Source: Spirochaetia bacterium
Lineage (GTDB): Bacteria; Spirochaetota; Spirochaetia; SZUA-6; Bin103
Direction: 5' to 3'
Assembly: GCA_965203055.1 (NCBI GenBank)
Contig: OZ241863.1
Span: forward strand, 256,001 to 320,000
DNA length: 64,000 bases
The notes beneath the pieces were generated by a model that was not told where the DNA came from, did not search any database, and was given only the letters and a program-made list of their open reading frames with translations. The translations under genes were made by a program, and so were the position numbers. Position 1 is the first letter of the stretch. Every line of letters starts with the position of its first letter. This document shows, piece by piece, positions 30,179 to 39,881 of this stretch.

Positions 30179-31111
30179 TCAGCCGGAACGCGGCTCCGGC
30201 AACGCGGGGCGGGTGGCGATGGCGCGCCGCACCAGGCGCTCCACCATGGCGCGCTCCTCGCCCACCAGGGGCAGCCGCGGCGGGCGCACCCGCTCGCTGC
30301 CGAGGCCGGTGAGCTGCATGGCCAACTTGATGTACTGCACCAGCTTGGGCCGGGTGTCGAGGTGCAGCAGCGGCATGAACCAGGCGCCGATGCGCCGCGC
30401 CTCCGCCCAGCGCCCGGCCGCGGCCAGGTCGAACAGGGCGACGCCCTCCTCGGGAAAGGCGTTGACCAGGCCGGCCACCCAACCGGTCGCGCCAAGCAGC
30501 ACCGATTCCAGCAGCACGTCGTCCACCCCGCAGAACAGCAGGTAGCGGTCCGCCGTCAGGTTGGCGATGTCCACCAGGCGGCGCGGGTCTTCGGAGGACT
30601 CCTTGATTGCCGCGATGGTGGGTTCGGCGGCCAGCTCGCGGAACATTTCCGGGGTTACGTCCACGCCGTAGGCGGGCGGATTGTTGTAGATCATGATTGG
30701 CAGGTCGGTGGCCGCGGCCACGGCGCGGAAGTGGGCCAGGGTCTCGCGGGCGTCGCTGCGGTAGACCATGCCCGGCAGCACCATCAGGCCGGCGCAGCCG
30801 GCGGCCGCCGCGGCCTTGGCGTGGGCCGCGGCGCCGGCGGTGGTGTATTCGGCGACGCCGGCCAGCACCGGGGCGCGGCCGCCCGCGGCCGCTACCGCGG
30901 TCTCCAGCACCAGGACTTTCTCGGCCGCGCTCAGGGAGGTGTTCTCGCCGAGGGTGCCGAGCATGATCAGCCCGCGGCAGCCGGCCGCCAGCAGCCGTTC
31001 GAGGTGCGCCGCGGTGGCCGCCGGATCCACGCTCAGGTCGCCGCGGAACTGGGTCATCACGGCCGGGAACACGCCGTTCCAGGCGGGCCGCGCAGGAGCG
31101 GTTCGGTCCAT
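30179..31111 (-). CDS. DHDPS-family enzyme, likely Delta1-pyrroline-4-hydroxy-2-carboxylate deaminase
   Basis: GTLGE, MIYNNP, Schiff-base Lys in IKESSED; adjacent to a hydroxyproline dehydratase-like gene. Confidence 0.75.
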   Translation of the reverse strand: MDRTAPARPAWNGVFPAVMTQFRGDLSVDPAATAAHLERLLAAGCRGLIMLGTLGENTSLSAAEKVLVLETAVAAAGGRAPVLAGVAEYTTAGAAAHAKAAAAAGCAGLMVLPGMVYRSDARETLAHFRAVAAATDLPIMIYNNPPAYGVDVTPEMFRELAAEPTIAAIKESSEDPRRLVDIANLTADRYLLFCGVDDVLLESVLLGATGWVAGLVNAFPEEGVALFDLAAAGRWAEARRIGAWFMPLLHLDTRPKLVQYIKLAMQLTGLGSERVRPPRLPLVGEERAMVERLVRRAIATRPALPEPRSG

Positions 31112-32214
31112 CAGGCCACCTCCAATACCGGCGCGCCGAGCACCGCGCGCCGCGGCTCCACTCCCAGCCCGGGCGCGGTGGGGGCGGCCAGCGTTCCCTG
31201 CTCCCGCTGCGGCGCGCCGGCCGCGGTGCTCACCGTCACGTAGCTGTTGAAGTCGGTGGCGGCGAAGCGCAGCGCCGGCGGGGTGCTGTGGGCCAGGTGG
31301 GCAATCGCCGCGGTGATGATGTCGCCGCCCCAGCTATCTTCGATGATCATCGGGATGCCCAGCTCGACGCAGACGTCGCGGATCAGGCGCGCCCGGGTGA
31401 TGCCGCCGAACTTGCTGATCTTGACGTTGACGGCATCCACCGCGCCGTCGGCGGCGGCGCGCTGCAAGGCGCGCAGATTCGTTATCGACTCGTCCAGAAT
31501 GAAGGGCAGCGGGGTGGCGCGGCGCACCGCCAGACATTCGGCGTAGCTCGCGCACGGCTGCTCGACGTACACCGGCAGATCGCGGGCGGCGTGCACTACC
31601 CGCAGCGCCTGATGGCTGAGCCAGCCGGTGTTGGCGTCGGCGATCAACACGTCGTCGGGCTGCAGCCGCGCGGTCACCGCCCGCAGGCGCGCCAGGTCCT
31701 GGTGGACGGGACCGCCGACCTTGAGTTGGAAGCGGCGGTAGCCCTCGCCGCGGAAGCGCGCCACGCGCTCCGCCATTTCCTCCGGCGAACCCTGGGAGAT
31801 CGCCCGATACAACGCTATCCGGTCGCCGCAGCGGCCGCCGAGCAGGGTGCAGAGCGGTACTCCGCAGGCCTTGCCCAGCAGGTCCCAGCACGCCATGTCC
31901 AACGCCGACTTGACGTAGGGGTGCCCCTGCAGCGCCCGATCCATGACCCGGTTCACCGCTGCCGTCCGGCGCGGGTCCCGGCCCAGCAACGCCGGCCCCA
32001 CCTGCGCGATGCCGGCGCGGCACCCGGCCGCGTAGGCCGGCAGGTAGACCGGTCCCAGCGGGCACACCTCGCCCCAGCCGGAGACTCCCGCGTCGGTGAC
32101 CAGCTCCACCACGGTGGCGTCGAATACGGTGACCGCCTTGCCGTCCGCCCAGCGGTAGCTGCCGTCCCGCAGCGGCAGGTCCACCTGGAAGACGTTGATC
32201 GCGGTGATCTTCAC
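31111..32214 (-). CDS. mandelate racemase/enolase superfamily enzyme, cis-3-hydroxy-L-proline dehydratase-like
   Basis: MKITAINVFQVDLPL...CPLGPVYLP..., QLKVG, DAN, EQP, LDE, EDSWGGD. Confidence 0.8.
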   Translation of the reverse strand: MKITAINVFQVDLPLRDGSYRWADGKAVTVFDATVVELVTDAGVSGWGEVCPLGPVYLPAYAAGCRAGIAQVGPALLGRDPRRTAAVNRVMDRALQGHPYVKSALDMACWDLLGKACGVPLCTLLGGRCGDRIALYRAISQGSPEEMAERVARFRGEGYRRFQLKVGGPVHQDLARLRAVTARLQPDDVLIADANTGWLSHQALRVVHAARDLPVYVEQPCASYAECLAVRRATPLPFILDESITNLRALQRAAADGAVDAVNVKISKFGGITRARLIRDVCVELGIPMIIEDSWGGDIITAAIAHLAHSTPPALRFAATDFNSYVTVSTAAGAPQREQGTLAAPTAPGLGVEPRRAVLGAPVLEVA

Positions 32215-32225
32215 GGGACGCGGCG

Positions 32226-34517
32226 CTACTGCGGCTCGGAGATCGCGGCCAGCACCCGGGCCGGAGTCATGGGCAGCGTGGTGACGCGCCCGCCGCCGCC
32301 GTCACGGATGGCATTGGCCACGGCGCCGGCGGTGGCGGTGACCGGCGGCTCGCCGACGCCGCGCGCGCCGTGCGGGCCGTGATCCGACAGCACCTCCACC
32401 ATCACCGCCTCCAACTCGCGCGCCCCCTGCGTGCTGTCGGGCACCGCGTAGTCCATGAGCGAGCCGGTGCGGAGCTGGCCGTCCGCGTCATGCTCCAGCG
32501 CCTCGTACAGCGCCCAGCCGAGACCCTGCACGGCGCCGCCCATGAGCTGCCCGCCGGCGGTCAGCGGGTTGATCGCCTTGCCCACGTCCTGCACCACCGC
32601 CAGGCGGTGCACGGCCACGGCCCCGGTTTCGGCATCCACCTCCACCTCGGCGAGCTGCGCGCAGAACGCCGGCGAGCGGCCGCTCGGCGCGGTGCGCCCG
32701 TTGCCCTTGACCGGCGCGTAGCGGCCGCCGAACTGCATGGTCTTGGCGGCGATCTCGGCCAGCGGCAGCGCCGGCGCGGGCACTCCCTTCACCCGTACCG
32801 CGCCGGCGCTGATCTCCAGGTCGGCCGCGTCGGCCTCGAACTCGGTGGCGGCAATGCGCAGCGTCTGCGCGCGCGCCTCGCGCGCCGCGGCGAACACCGC
32901 CGGCCCCACCGAATAGGTGATCTTGCTGCCGCCGGAGGCGCCGGCGTAGTAGCCGGCGTCGCTGTCGGCGCTGATCACCCGCACCTGTTCGGGGTCGATG
33001 CCGAAGGCGTCGGCGGCGATCAGCGCGAAGGCGGTGGTGGTGCCGGTGAGGTCGACCGAGCCCACGTGCACGTGCAGCGTTCCGTCCCGGTTCAGGGTGC
33101 AGGCGGCGGTCGCCCCTTCCACGCCGCCCAGCCAGCCGCCGACGGCCACGCCGACGCCGCGCCCGGCCGCGCGGGCCGCCTCCCGGGCGCGCCAGATGGG
33201 GTGTTCGCGGGCCCGTTCCAGCACTTCGCGCATGCCGATGTTGGGCCACGGCTGACCGTTGGCCATCGGATCGCCCGGGCGCGAGGCGTTGCGCAGCCGC
33301 AGTTCCATCGGATCGAGGGCCAGAACGCGCGCCAGCTCATCCAGCGTACTCTCCAGTGCGAACGCCTGCTGCGGGATTCCGGGGGCCCGGTAGGCGCCGG
33401 TGGACGGCTTGTGGGTGAGCACCGCGGCGCCTTGAACGTCGAGATTCGGGCACTGGTACAGGCTGCCGGCCATCAGCGCCGCGATGGAGTGCGGCGCGTT
33501 GGGAAAGCAGCCGCTGTCGAACTTGAAGTCCGCGGCGATGGCGGTCAGCTTGCCGCCGGCGGTTGCCGCCAGCTTGATGGTGATTGCCGCCGCGGGCGCG
33601 GGCAGCGCGGCGAGCATCTCCTCCTGGCGGGTGAGGACGAGCCGCACCGGGGCGTCCACGGCGCGCGCCGCCAGCGCCACCAGCGGCTCGTAGAGCATGA
33701 ACTTGGCGCCGAAGCCGCCGCCTACCGGCATCGGCTTGACGTGCACGTCCGACTCGGCCACGTCGAGGACGGCGGCCACCTCCTTGCGCACGGCGAACTG
33801 CGCCTGGGTGCAACTCCAAACCGTCACGCCGCCCTCCGCCGCGACCGGATCCACTACCGTAGCGTGCGGTTCCAGGTAGCTCTGGTGCACGCTGGAGGTA
33901 CGGTACCGGCGTTCCACCACGGTGTCGGCTGAGGCGAACGCGGCCTCGGGATCGCCGCGGCGAAAGCTGATGGCGTTGGCGAGGTTGCTGCGCTGCCGGC
34001 CGGCCTCTTCGCCCTCCACGTCGGCGCCGTGGGCCGCGGCCTCATCCGATTCGCCGGGCATTCCCCGCGGCCACACCAGCGGCGCGTCCGCGGCGAGGGC
34101 GCGCTCCAGGTCGGCAACCGCCGGCTGCGGCGCATAGCTGACCTCCACTTCCGGGACGGCGTCGGCGGCCGCGGCTTCCGACTCCGCCACCACCAGCGCC
34201 ACCGGGTGGCCGACGAACATGACCTGGCCGCGCGCCAGCAGCAGGCGCGCGCGGCTGGTGGGCTCGAAGAGCGGCAGGTCGGCGGCGGTCAGCACCCGCA
34301 CCACGCCCGCCGCGGCCTCGGCCCGGCGCGCGTCGATGGCGGTGATGCGGGCGTGCGCGTGAGGGCTGGTAACGAAGCGCGCGTGCAGCACGCCGGTCTG
34401 CGGCAGGTCGGCGGTGTAGCGCAGCGCGCCGGTCACGCGCGCGCGCCCGTCGAGCAGCGGATGCGGCCGGCCGATCGCCGCGCCGGCGGCGGGGGAAGAG
34501 GTGGTTGTGGACGCCAT
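32226..34517 (-). CDS. xanthine dehydrogenase family molybdopterin-binding subunit
   Basis: RVTGALRYTADL, VGGGFGAK, GAYRAPG, GQLMGGAVQGLG, GARGVGE. Confidence 0.9.
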   Translation of the reverse strand: MASTTTSSPAAGAAIGRPHPLLDGRARVTGALRYTADLPQTGVLHARFVTSPHAHARITAIDARRAEAAAGVVRVLTAADLPLFEPTSRARLLLARGQVMFVGHPVALVVAESEAAAADAVPEVEVSYAPQPAVADLERALAADAPLVWPRGMPGESDEAAAHGADVEGEEAGRQRSNLANAISFRRGDPEAAFASADTVVERRYRTSSVHQSYLEPHATVVDPVAAEGGVTVWSCTQAQFAVRKEVAAVLDVAESDVHVKPMPVGGGFGAKFMLYEPLVALAARAVDAPVRLVLTRQEEMLAALPAPAAAITIKLAATAGGKLTAIAADFKFDSGCFPNAPHSIAALMAGSLYQCPNLDVQGAAVLTHKPSTGAYRAPGIPQQAFALESTLDELARVLALDPMELRLRNASRPGDPMANGQPWPNIGMREVLERAREHPIWRAREAARAAGRGVGVAVGGWLGGVEGATAACTLNRDGTLHVHVGSVDLTGTTTAFALIAADAFGIDPEQVRVISADSDAGYYAGASGGSKITYSVGPAVFAAAREARAQTLRIAATEFEADAADLEISAGAVRVKGVPAPALPLAEIAAKTMQFGGRYAPVKGNGRTAPSGRSPAFCAQLAEVEVDAETGAVAVHRLAVVQDVGKAINPLTAGGQLMGGAVQGLGWALYEALEHDADGQLRTGSLMDYAVPDSTQGARELEAVMVEVLSDHGPHGARGVGEPPVTATAGAVANAIRDGGGGRVTTLPMTPARVLAAISEPQ

Positions 34518-34721
34518 GGTGCTGGGCCGCAGCATAACCCGAGAGCGCCGCGCAATGGTACGCCGCTTCGGTACGCCGCTTCGGCAGCGGCGCCGGCGGG
34601 TCACGGCCGCGGAGCCGCCCCGGTCGCGCAACCGCGCGCCGCCGGTGCCGCGCCTGCCGCGCCCGCCGCGCCCGCCGCGGTCGATTGACCTCCGCTTCGC
34701 TGCGCCTTTAGGGTAGGGCGC

Positions 34722-35201
34722 GTGACAGAGCCAATCAGCATTTCGGTCACCGTCAACGGCCGGCGCTACGACCGCGCGGTGGAACCGCGCACCCTGCTGG
34801 TCCACTTCCTGCGCGATACCCTGGGCCTTACCGGCAGCCACGTCGGCTGCGAGACCAGCCTGTGCGGCGCGTGCACGGTGCTGGTGGACGGCGCCGCCGC
34901 CAAGTCGTGCACCTTCCTCGCGGCGCAGGCCGACGGGCGCGCGGTTACCACCATCGAAGGGGTAGCCCGGAATGGCAGGCTGCATCCGGTTCAGGAGCAG
35001 CTCTGGCGCCACCACGGGGTGCAATGCGGCTACTGCACCTCCGGGATGGTGCTGGCCGCCATCGCCCTGCTGGAGCGGGAACCGCACCCCACCGAGGCGC
35101 AGATCCGGGAGGGTCTCAAGGGCAACCTGTGCCGCTGCACCGGCTACGCCAACGTGGTGCAGGCGGTGCGCGCCGCGGCCGCCGCCGCGGAGGCCGGCTG
35201 A
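34722..35201 (+). CDS. (2Fe-2S)-binding subunit, CoxS/XdhC-like
   Basis: [29 protein letters not shown]. Confidence 0.92.
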   Translation: MTEPISISVTVNGRRYDRAVEPRTLLVHFLRDTLGLTGSHVGCETSLCGACTVLVDGAAAKSCTFLAAQADGRAVTTIEGVARNGRLHPVQEQLWRHHGVQCGYCTSGMVLAAIALLEREPHPTEAQIREGLKGNLCRCTGYANVVQAVRAAAAAAEAG

Positions 35202-36070
35202 TGTACCCGGCGCCATTCGACTACCTGCGCGCGGCGAGCGTGGCCGAGGCCCTGGCGGCGCTCGCCGCCCACCCCGACGGCCAGCTCCTGGCGGGCGGGC
35301 ACAGTCTGCTGCCGGCGCTGAAGCTGCGCCTGGCGCAGCCGGCCCTGCTCATCGACATCGGCCGCCTGCAGGCGTTGGCTGGCGTGGAGCGCCGCGCCGG
35401 CCGGCTGCGCATCGGGGCGCTCACCTGCCACGACCGGGTGGCGCGTTCCCCCGAAGTGGCGGCCGGCGCCCGGCTGCTGGCCGAGGCGTGCGCCAAGGTG
35501 GGCGATCCGGCAGTGCGCAACTGGGGCACGCTGGGCGGCAACCTGGCCCACGCCGACCCCGCTTCCGATCCGCCGGCGGCGCTGGCGGCCGCGGGCGCCG
35601 AGCTGGAGCTGACCTCGGCGGCCGGCGTGCGCCGGGTGGCGGCGGCCGATTTCTTCAGCGACCTGTTCGTCACCCAGCTTGGCCCCGGGGAAATGATCAC
35701 CGCGGTGGAACTGCCGGCCGCCGGCGCCGGCACGGGATCGGCGTACCTCAAGCATCCGCACCCCGCCTCCGGCTACGCGGTATGCGGCGCCGCGGCAATG
35801 GTGTCCCTGGATGCGGACGGCCGTTGCAGCGCGGCGCGGCTGGCCGTCGGCGGCGCCGCGCCGGTACCGGTGCTGGCCGACCTCGGCGGGCTGGTCGGCG
35901 CCGAGTTGGCCCCAGCCGCGGTGGATGAAGTGCTGGCGCGCCTCGCCGTGGAGGAGCCGCTCGAAGATTCGTACGCCCCCGGCGCCTACCGGCAACGGTT
36001 GGCGCGCGTCCTCGGGCGCCGCGCCCTGCTGCTCGCCGCGCAGCGGGCGGCGCCCGCCGGAGACGGTTGA
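35201..36070 (+). CDS. FAD-binding subunit, CoxM-like
   Basis: LAGGHSLLP, VRNWGTLGGNLAHADPASD. Confidence 0.9.
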   Translation: MYPAPFDYLRAASVAEALAALAAHPDGQLLAGGHSLLPALKLRLAQPALLIDIGRLQALAGVERRAGRLRIGALTCHDRVARSPEVAAGARLLAEACAKVGDPAVRNWGTLGGNLAHADPASDPPAALAAAGAELELTSAAGVRRVAAADFFSDLFVTQLGPGEMITAVELPAAGAGTGSAYLKHPHPASGYAVCGAAAMVSLDADGRCSAARLAVGGAAPVPVLADLGGLVGAELAPAAVDEVLARLAVEEPLEDSYAPGAYRQRLARVLGRRALLLAAQRAAPAGDG

Positions 36071-36107
36071 GGCGGCCCGCCACCGCCAGCCGCCGCGCGG
36101 CCGGGCG

Positions 36108-36653
36108 TCAGAACGCCCCGAACTGGTCGTAGCTCTCCTGCAGGGTGAAGCGGCGGCTCCCGCCGCCGCGCGGCGGCCGGTGGGCCAGGCCATTGTAGCC
36201 GCCGCCGTAGAACAGCAGCGGCGGGCCGCCGCGCAGGCCGCCGCCGACTGCCTTGCCGACGATGATCCGATGATCGCCGCCGGGCAGCCGCCGGTACACC
36301 TCGCATTCCAGGAACCCGAGGCAGTCGCTGAAGATCGGCGCGCCGCTGGCGCCGAAGGTGAGGCCGATCCCGGAGAAATCCTTCGGTCCGGGCGCGGCGA
36401 AGCGGTGCGACAACGCTTCCTGGTCGGCGCGCAGGATGTTGACCGCGAACGCCGGGGTCACGGTCAACTGCGGCAGCATCTGGTTGCGCCGATCGATGGC
36501 GAACAGCACCAGCGGCGGGTCGAGGGACAGGGAAGTGACGGAGTTGGCGGTCATGCCCCACGCGCCGTCGGTCCGCCCGCCGGTGGTAATCACCGTCACG
36601 CCGGTGGCGAAGTGGCCCATGATGCGCCGCTGGGCGGCGCCGTCGATCGCCAT
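36108..36653 (-). CDS. flavin reductase family protein
   Basis: FATGVTVIT, GMTANSVTSLSLDPPL, GGDH. Confidence 0.92.
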   Translation of the reverse strand: MAIDGAAQRRIMGHFATGVTVITTGGRTDGAWGMTANSVTSLSLDPPLVLFAIDRRNQMLPQLTVTPAFAVNILRADQEALSHRFAAPGPKDFSGIGLTFGASGAPIFSDCLGFLECEVYRRLPGGDHRIIVGKAVGGGLRGGPPLLFYGGGYNGLAHRPPRGGGSRRFTLQESYDQFGAF

Positions 36654-36659
36654 GGGCCG

Positions 36660-37733
36660 TCAGGCGGCCACCGCCGGCACCACCGCGCGCGCCAGCAGTT
36701 CCAGCGACCGGGTCCAGCGCGCCCGGTCGTCCCAGTCGTGGGCGATCATGAGCAGCGTCCCGAACCCCCCGGTAGCCTGTTGCAACGCCCGCAGGCGTTG
36801 GCGGCAGGTCTCCACGCTGCCGACGATGCACAGCTCCTTCATGGCGTAGTCCACCGTGATCTCGGCATCGGGCTGCTCCGGGTGGGTCTTCATCACGTAC
36901 AGCACCTCGCCGGCGGCAAGGATTCTGATCAGGTATTCTAGCGCCGCGGCGAAGGAACCGCCGCGCGCGTGATCCCACGCCTCGGCGTCGCTGTCGGCCA
37001 CGAAGATGCTGCGCGACACCCGCCACAACGCGCGCTGCGGGCGCGGGCGCCCGGCCTGCGCGGCGCCCGCGCAGTAGGTTTCCCAGTGCGCGGCCAAGGT
37101 GGACTGCGGCACCAGATTGGTGCTGATCGGCAGGAATCCGCGCTCGCCGGCGGTGCGCGCCGCCATGGAGTCGGCCTTGATCACGCTCATGCCGATCGGT
37201 GGATGGGGCTGTTGGTACGGCTTGAGCATCACCCCGATGCCGAACGCCGGGTCGGGAGCGCCGGCCTGCACGTGCCAGAACTTGCCGCGGAAGTCGAACG
37301 GCGCCTCCGCCTGCCACAGCTTCATCACCAGCTCCATCCCCTCCATCGTCATCAGGCCCTGGGTCCGGGGATCGGGCAGGTCGAACAGCGCCCAGTCGGT
37401 GGGCACCCCGCTCTGGCCGAACCCGGCGTTGATGCGCCCGCGCGAGAGATGATCGAGCAGCGCCAGCCGCGCCGCCACGTTCACCGGATGGTGGTGGGGG
37501 ATGATCGAAACGCCCGTGCCGAGGCGAATCGAGGTGGTGCGCGGGATCAGCGTGGCGATGAACAGGTCGTTGGAGGGTATCGGCTCCCAGGCCAAGGTAT
37601 GGTGCTGCCCGATCCACGCCTCGGTGAAGCCCAGCGCTTCGGCGCGCACCACCTGCTCGATATCTTCATCGAAGCACGCCGTGCGGTCCTTGCGCGGCGG
37701 ATGCAACGGCATCATGAACATCCCAAGCTGCAT
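36660..37733 (-). CDS. LLM-class flavin-dependent monooxygenase
   Basis: AEALGFTEAWIGQHH, IRLGTGV, LDHLSRGR, PYQQPHPP. Confidence 0.9.
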   Translation of the reverse strand: MQLGMFMMPLHPPRKDRTACFDEDIEQVVRAEALGFTEAWIGQHHTLAWEPIPSNDLFIATLIPRTTSIRLGTGVSIIPHHHPVNVAARLALLDHLSRGRINAGFGQSGVPTDWALFDLPDPRTQGLMTMEGMELVMKLWQAEAPFDFRGKFWHVQAGAPDPAFGIGVMLKPYQQPHPPIGMSVIKADSMAARTAGERGFLPISTNLVPQSTLAAHWETYCAGAAQAGRPRPQRALWRVSRSIFVADSDAEAWDHARGGSFAAALEYLIRILAAGEVLYVMKTHPEQPDAEITVDYAMKELCIVGSVETCRQRLRALQQATGGFGTLLMIAHDWDDRARWTRSLELLARAVVPAVAA

Positions 37734-37938
37734 TGCCCGCCACTATACGGTAGATCCGGGCCGCCTTTCCGCCCTGGAACCAAGACTACCAGCGCGCCCG
37801 TAAACTCCTGGACGGCCGGCGCCATGTGGAGGTAGGGGCCGAGTCGTTCCGCACCGCCGCCCGCGCCGAGCAGCGGGCCGGCCGCACCCACGCCGCCGCC
37901 TCCCTGACCGCCGCGGGTGTGCTGGCCGCTACCCGCGA

Positions 37939-39271
37939 GGGGCTTCGGGGTTTCGTGTGGGTAAAGGGGCCTGACGGGTAGCGGTGCCGCCGCGAGCAAG
38001 GCTACGTTGGCGCCATGCGTGACAAGGAACTGTACGGCAGGATTCTGGGCGTCGAGGCGCCGTGGCGAGTGGCCGACGTCGAACTGAACCTTCAGGAGGG
38101 CGAGATCGTGGTCCACGTCGAGCACGACGGGCCTCTCACCTGCCCGCACTGCGGCCAAGCCGCGCGCCGCTACGACAGCCGGCACCGGCGGTGGCGCCAT
38201 CTGGACACCTGCCAGTACCGCACGGTGCTGGCCGCCGACGTACCGCGGTCTCAGTGCCGGCAGCACGGCGTCAAGCAGATCGAGGTGCCGTGGAGCGAAG
38301 GCCGCTCGCGGCTGACAGCGCTGTGTGAAGCGGTCGTGATCGACTGGCTGCAGCACGCCACGATCGCGGCAGTAGCGCAGCAGATGCGGCTCAGCTGGGA
38401 CGAAGTCGACGGGGTGATGCAGCGCGCGGTGCAACGCGGCTTACGCCGGCGTGCGGTGCAGTTGCCGCCGCGGATCGGGGTGGACGAGACGTCGTTTCAG
38501 AAGCGCCATGAGTACGTGACGGTGATCAACGATCTGGACGGGCACGTCGTGCACGTGGCCGATGGCCGCCGCAAGGAGGTGTTGGAGCAGTTCTACCAGC
38601 AGTTTGACGATGAGCAGTTGGCTGGGGTCGAGACGGTCGCCATGGACATGTGGGAGCCGTACATCAGCGCGACCGCCGCCTACGTGCCGGAGGCGCAGCT
38701 CAAGATCGCGTTCGACAAGTTCCACGTCGCCAAGCACCTCGGCGACGCCGTTGACCAGGTGCGGCGAGCCGAGAGCCGCCGGCTGGCCGGCAGCGGTGAC
38801 GATCGGCTGAAGGGCAGCCGCTATGCGTGGCTGACCAACCCCGAACACATGGACGCCGAGCGTTGGGAGCGGTTCGCTGCCTTGCGCGACAGCGCGCTGC
38901 AGACCGCGCGCGCCTGGAGCTACAAGGAACATGCGATGACGCTGTGGAGCTATCGCACCCGCGGGTGGGCGCGCGAGGCGTGGCAGAGGTGGTACCAGTC
39001 GGCGATCCGGTGTCGGCTGGAGCCGGTCAAGCGGGTAGCGCGGATGGTCAAGCGGCATCTGGAAGGGATCGTGACGGCGGTGGTGCAGAGGGTGAGCAAC
39101 GCGCGGGCGGAGTCGATCAACGCGGGGGTGCAGCGGTTGAAGTACGCAGCGCACGGCTTTCGCAACCGGCAGAGGTTCCGCAACGCCATCTACTTTCACC
39201 TCGGCGGCCTTGACCTCTACCCCGCCGGTGTCGTCCGTGACCACCTCGTCCACACGAAATCCTGAAGACCC
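37939..39271 (+). mobile_element. ISL3-family insertion sequence
   Basis: 22-bp imperfect IRs GGGGCTTCGGGGTTTCGTGTGG / CCACACGAAATCCTGAAGACCC; 8-bp TSD ACCCGCGA at 37931-37938 and 39272-39279. Confidence 0.9.
38015..39265 (+). CDS. ISL3 family transposase
   Basis: CPHCG zinc finger, IGVDETS, AMDMWEPY, FDKFHV, ESINA...GFRN. Confidence 0.93.
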   Translation: MRDKELYGRILGVEAPWRVADVELNLQEGEIVVHVEHDGPLTCPHCGQAARRYDSRHRRWRHLDTCQYRTVLAADVPRSQCRQHGVKQIEVPWSEGRSRLTALCEAVVIDWLQHATIAAVAQQMRLSWDEVDGVMQRAVQRGLRRRAVQLPPRIGVDETSFQKRHEYVTVINDLDGHVVHVADGRRKEVLEQFYQQFDDEQLAGVETVAMDMWEPYISATAAYVPEAQLKIAFDKFHVAKHLGDAVDQVRRAESRRLAGSGDDRLKGSRYAWLTNPEHMDAERWERFAALRDSALQTARAWSYKEHAMTLWSYRTRGWAREAWQRWYQSAIRCRLEPVKRVARMVKRHLEGIVTAVVQRVSNARAESINAGVQRLKYAAHGFRNRQRFRNAIYFHLGGLDLYPAGVVRDHLVHTKS

Positions 39272-39373
39272 ACCCGCGAATGGGTTCGCTCCGTCGAAAG
39301 ACGCCCTCTACCACGCGCATGGCCTCTCCACCCCCTCGCCGAGCACGCGCTTTGGTATTGGCATCGCGATAGC

Positions 39374-39402
39374 TTGACACTATAGCACATATGCTATATT
39401 GT
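39374..39402 (+). promoter_or_regulatory. TA-operon promoter with operator palindrome
   Basis: TTGACA at 39374; palindrome TATAGCA-CATA-TGCTATA at 39381-39398; -10 TATTGT at 17-nt spacing. Confidence 0.7.
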
Positions 39403-39409
39403 TGGACCC

Positions 39410-39493
39410 GTGAAGTGGACGGTAGAGACTGCCAGTCGGGCCGTGGACGACGAACTTGAGGATCGAGCAAAAAGAAAGCGAGCGGCAGAGTAG
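39410..39493 (+). pseudogene. RelE/HigB-like toxin remnant (internally deleted)
   Basis: MKWTVETASRAVDDELE joined directly to DRAKRKRAAE*; lies between the TA promoter and an HTH antitoxin. Confidence 0.55.
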
Positions 39494-39781
39494 TAAGATC
39501 GAAGACCTGCACAAGAGGTGGATCGATGATCCGGAGTACCGGGCTGCCTACGACGAGCTTGGCCCGAGTTTGATCTGATTCGGTCGGTGATTCTGTCGCG
39601 CATGAGCGCCGGGCTTACGCAGGCCCAGCTCGCCGAGCGGATGAACACGACACAGTCAGCGATTGCTCGCCTGGAGGGGGGGCGCACGTCGCCATCGATC
39701 AAGACGCTGTTGCGGATTGCACAAGCCACGGGAACTCGCCTCAAGATCAGCTTCGAGCCGCACACCGGCAACAACATGTGA
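39492..39781 (+). pseudogene. HigA-like XRE/HTH antitoxin, frameshifted with damaged start
   Basis: SKIEDLHKRWIDDPEYRAAYDELG, a frameshift at ~39563, then EFDLIRSVILSRMSAGLTQAQLAERMNTTQSAIARLEGG. Confidence 0.75.
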
Positions 39782-39881
39782 CCCTTCGGCGCAGCAGCTC
39801 AGATCGACAGATGAGATCGGAACTGACCGCTCCTCGGAGCGCAGCGGCACCGGGTCGGCTTATGGTGGCGCCGCTCCACTG

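Noticed and set aside
32226..36070. Form I aerobic CO dehydrogenase
   Set aside because: The large subunit has AYRAPG rather than AYxCSFR, so it is a generic xanthine-dehydrogenase-family enzyme.
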